Source: a virus. Taken from it: DNA of 64,000 nucleotides. The notes under the pieces are model-generated. The model searched no databases and was not told where the DNA came from. It saw only the letters and a program-made list of their open reading frames with translations. This document shows positions 63,174 to 64,000 of the stretch, in pieces; position 1 is the stretch's first letter; each line of letters begins with the position of its first letter. A program made the translations under genes and the position numbers. The stretch lies in IMG/VR virus record IMGVR_UViG_3300019889_000007, positions 1 to 64,000 of that record. One strand, given 5' to 3'.

Positions 63174-64000
63174 TAAGCGGCCTCCTGCCGCGTGTACAGG
63201 GCGATCTCGACGGTCGCGTCAGGGGAGATGTTTTCGAACGCCGTCACTTCGATGCACAGTCCATAGGCACAGGAGAAATCTGGCCACACGAACATTTGGC
63301 CGCCCGGCCCGTACAACGGTGGAACGTCAACGTCCTCACCGGTAGGCGATAGACACCTGGTCAATGCGCGTTTGATCCGGCCGTCGATCTCGGTGACAGA
63401 GTTCGGCGGCAGGTACGACACGGTGATGTCCGCGCACGCCGAACACGGGTCGAGTTGCAGTACGTCGTCGCACGGGAAACCGAGCGCATTGACGTAGAAC
63501 CTGACTGTCAGGTTCCGGACGGCCATGTCGCCGGTGGTCACGGTGATGACCGGGACCATGTCAAGCCATTGCGACATGTTGGCCGCGTCGATGGAGCCGA
63601 TCACTCGGCGGCCGGGGAACGGCTCAGACGGGTAGCAAGCGTCCACCGGTGGTTGCGGTACGACCGGGACGTCCGGGCGTGGACAGTCCGGGTCCTGGCC
63701 ACATGGCGTGGGTGGCAGGCACCGTTCGAACGCGGCGGGCAAGTCGATGAAACGTTGGACACCGGTGGCCGGGTAGACGATCATCTGGTTGCCGGACTTG
63801 GGGTCCTGATACAGGTTGGGGTTGCGGGCGCGCAGCGTGAACTCGACCTCCCACAGGACGTACCCGGTCATGCGGATAACCCGTGTGACCTCGGGTTTAT
63901 CGACCAGTTGAATGTCGAACATGGACCGGACGGGGTCGGGTGCCCACGGTGTCGGGCATGAAATCGCGACACACGCTTGAGAGCCGGTGCAGCTGCCCGA
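63173..64000 (-). CDS. Cys/Pro-rich minor tail protein (5' part outside the window)
   Basis: Frame is open to the window edge; VEFTLRARNP, VSYLPPNSVTEIDG. Confidence 0.65.
   Translation of the reverse strand, partial: SGSCTGSQACVAISCPTPWAPDPVRSMFDIQLVDKPEVTRVIRMTGYVLWEVEFTLRARNPNLYQDPKSGNQMIVYPATGVQRFIDLPAAFERCLPPTPCGQDPDCPRPDVPVVPQPPVDACYPSEPFPGRRVIGSIDAANMSQWLDMVPVITVTTGDMAVRNLTVRFYVNALGFPCDDVLQLDPCSACADITVSYLPPNSVTEIDGRIKRALTRCLSPTGEDVDVPPLYGPGGQMFVWPDFSCAYGLCIEVTAFENISPDATVEIALYTRQEAA

Larger units (their letters stand above)
1..64000. mobile_element. Segment of an actinomycete temperate phage / phage-plasmid
   Basis: Dense small coupled ORFs, tail genes at the right end, endolysin-like gene, RecT-like/exonuclease pair, replication initiator, ParA and Cre-like recombinase; actinomycete-type DUF397, XRE-DUF5753 and SSI genes; no core host genes recognised. 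Confidence 0.9.

Noticed and set aside
1-64000. Long antisense and alternate-frame ORFs (e.g. 41145-42539 minus, 31941-32717 plus, 12214-13119 minus)
   Set aside because: These are shadow ORFs expected in high-GC DNA opposite well-supported genes.
1-64000. Reverse transcriptase-based systems (retron, DGR) or IS transposases
   Set aside because: No RT (YxDD) or DDE transposase signatures were recognised in the translated ORFs.

Overview
High-GC window from an actinomycete temperate phage that probably persists as a plasmid (phage-plasmid). No host housekeeping genes were recognised. About 1-46 kb is a mostly plus-strand run of small genes. It includes DNA replication and recombination functions (HTH replication initiator, SF1 helicase, SSB, RecT-like protein plus PD-(D/E)XK exonuclease, ParB/DGQHR-like protein), RNA-metabolism genes (oligoribonuclease, Rnl2-like RNA ligase, an apparently inactive second ligase homologue, HIT hydrolase, tRNA-Trp, tRNA-Cys), a Cre-like tyrosine recombinase with a candidate 13-6-13 recombination site, and an endolysin-like peptidase. 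About 46-59 kb holds accessory genes: Ro60/TROVE, lipoproteins, an Acb2/Tad1-like protein, a GH26 glycosidase, XRE/DUF397 regulators, an SSI protease inhibitor and a ParA cassette. From 59.5 kb, minus-strand tail genes run off the window end. The most striking element is a minus-strand unit at 46.9-49.2 kb: a predicted promoter, then three tandem YrlA-like Y RNAs, then the Ro60 gene. Each RNA carries a circularly permuted tRNA module that seems to mimic a different tRNA type (Gln-like; class II Ser(UGA)-like; class I with a UUC anticodon loop). All assignments come from motif recognition by eye; no searches were run.
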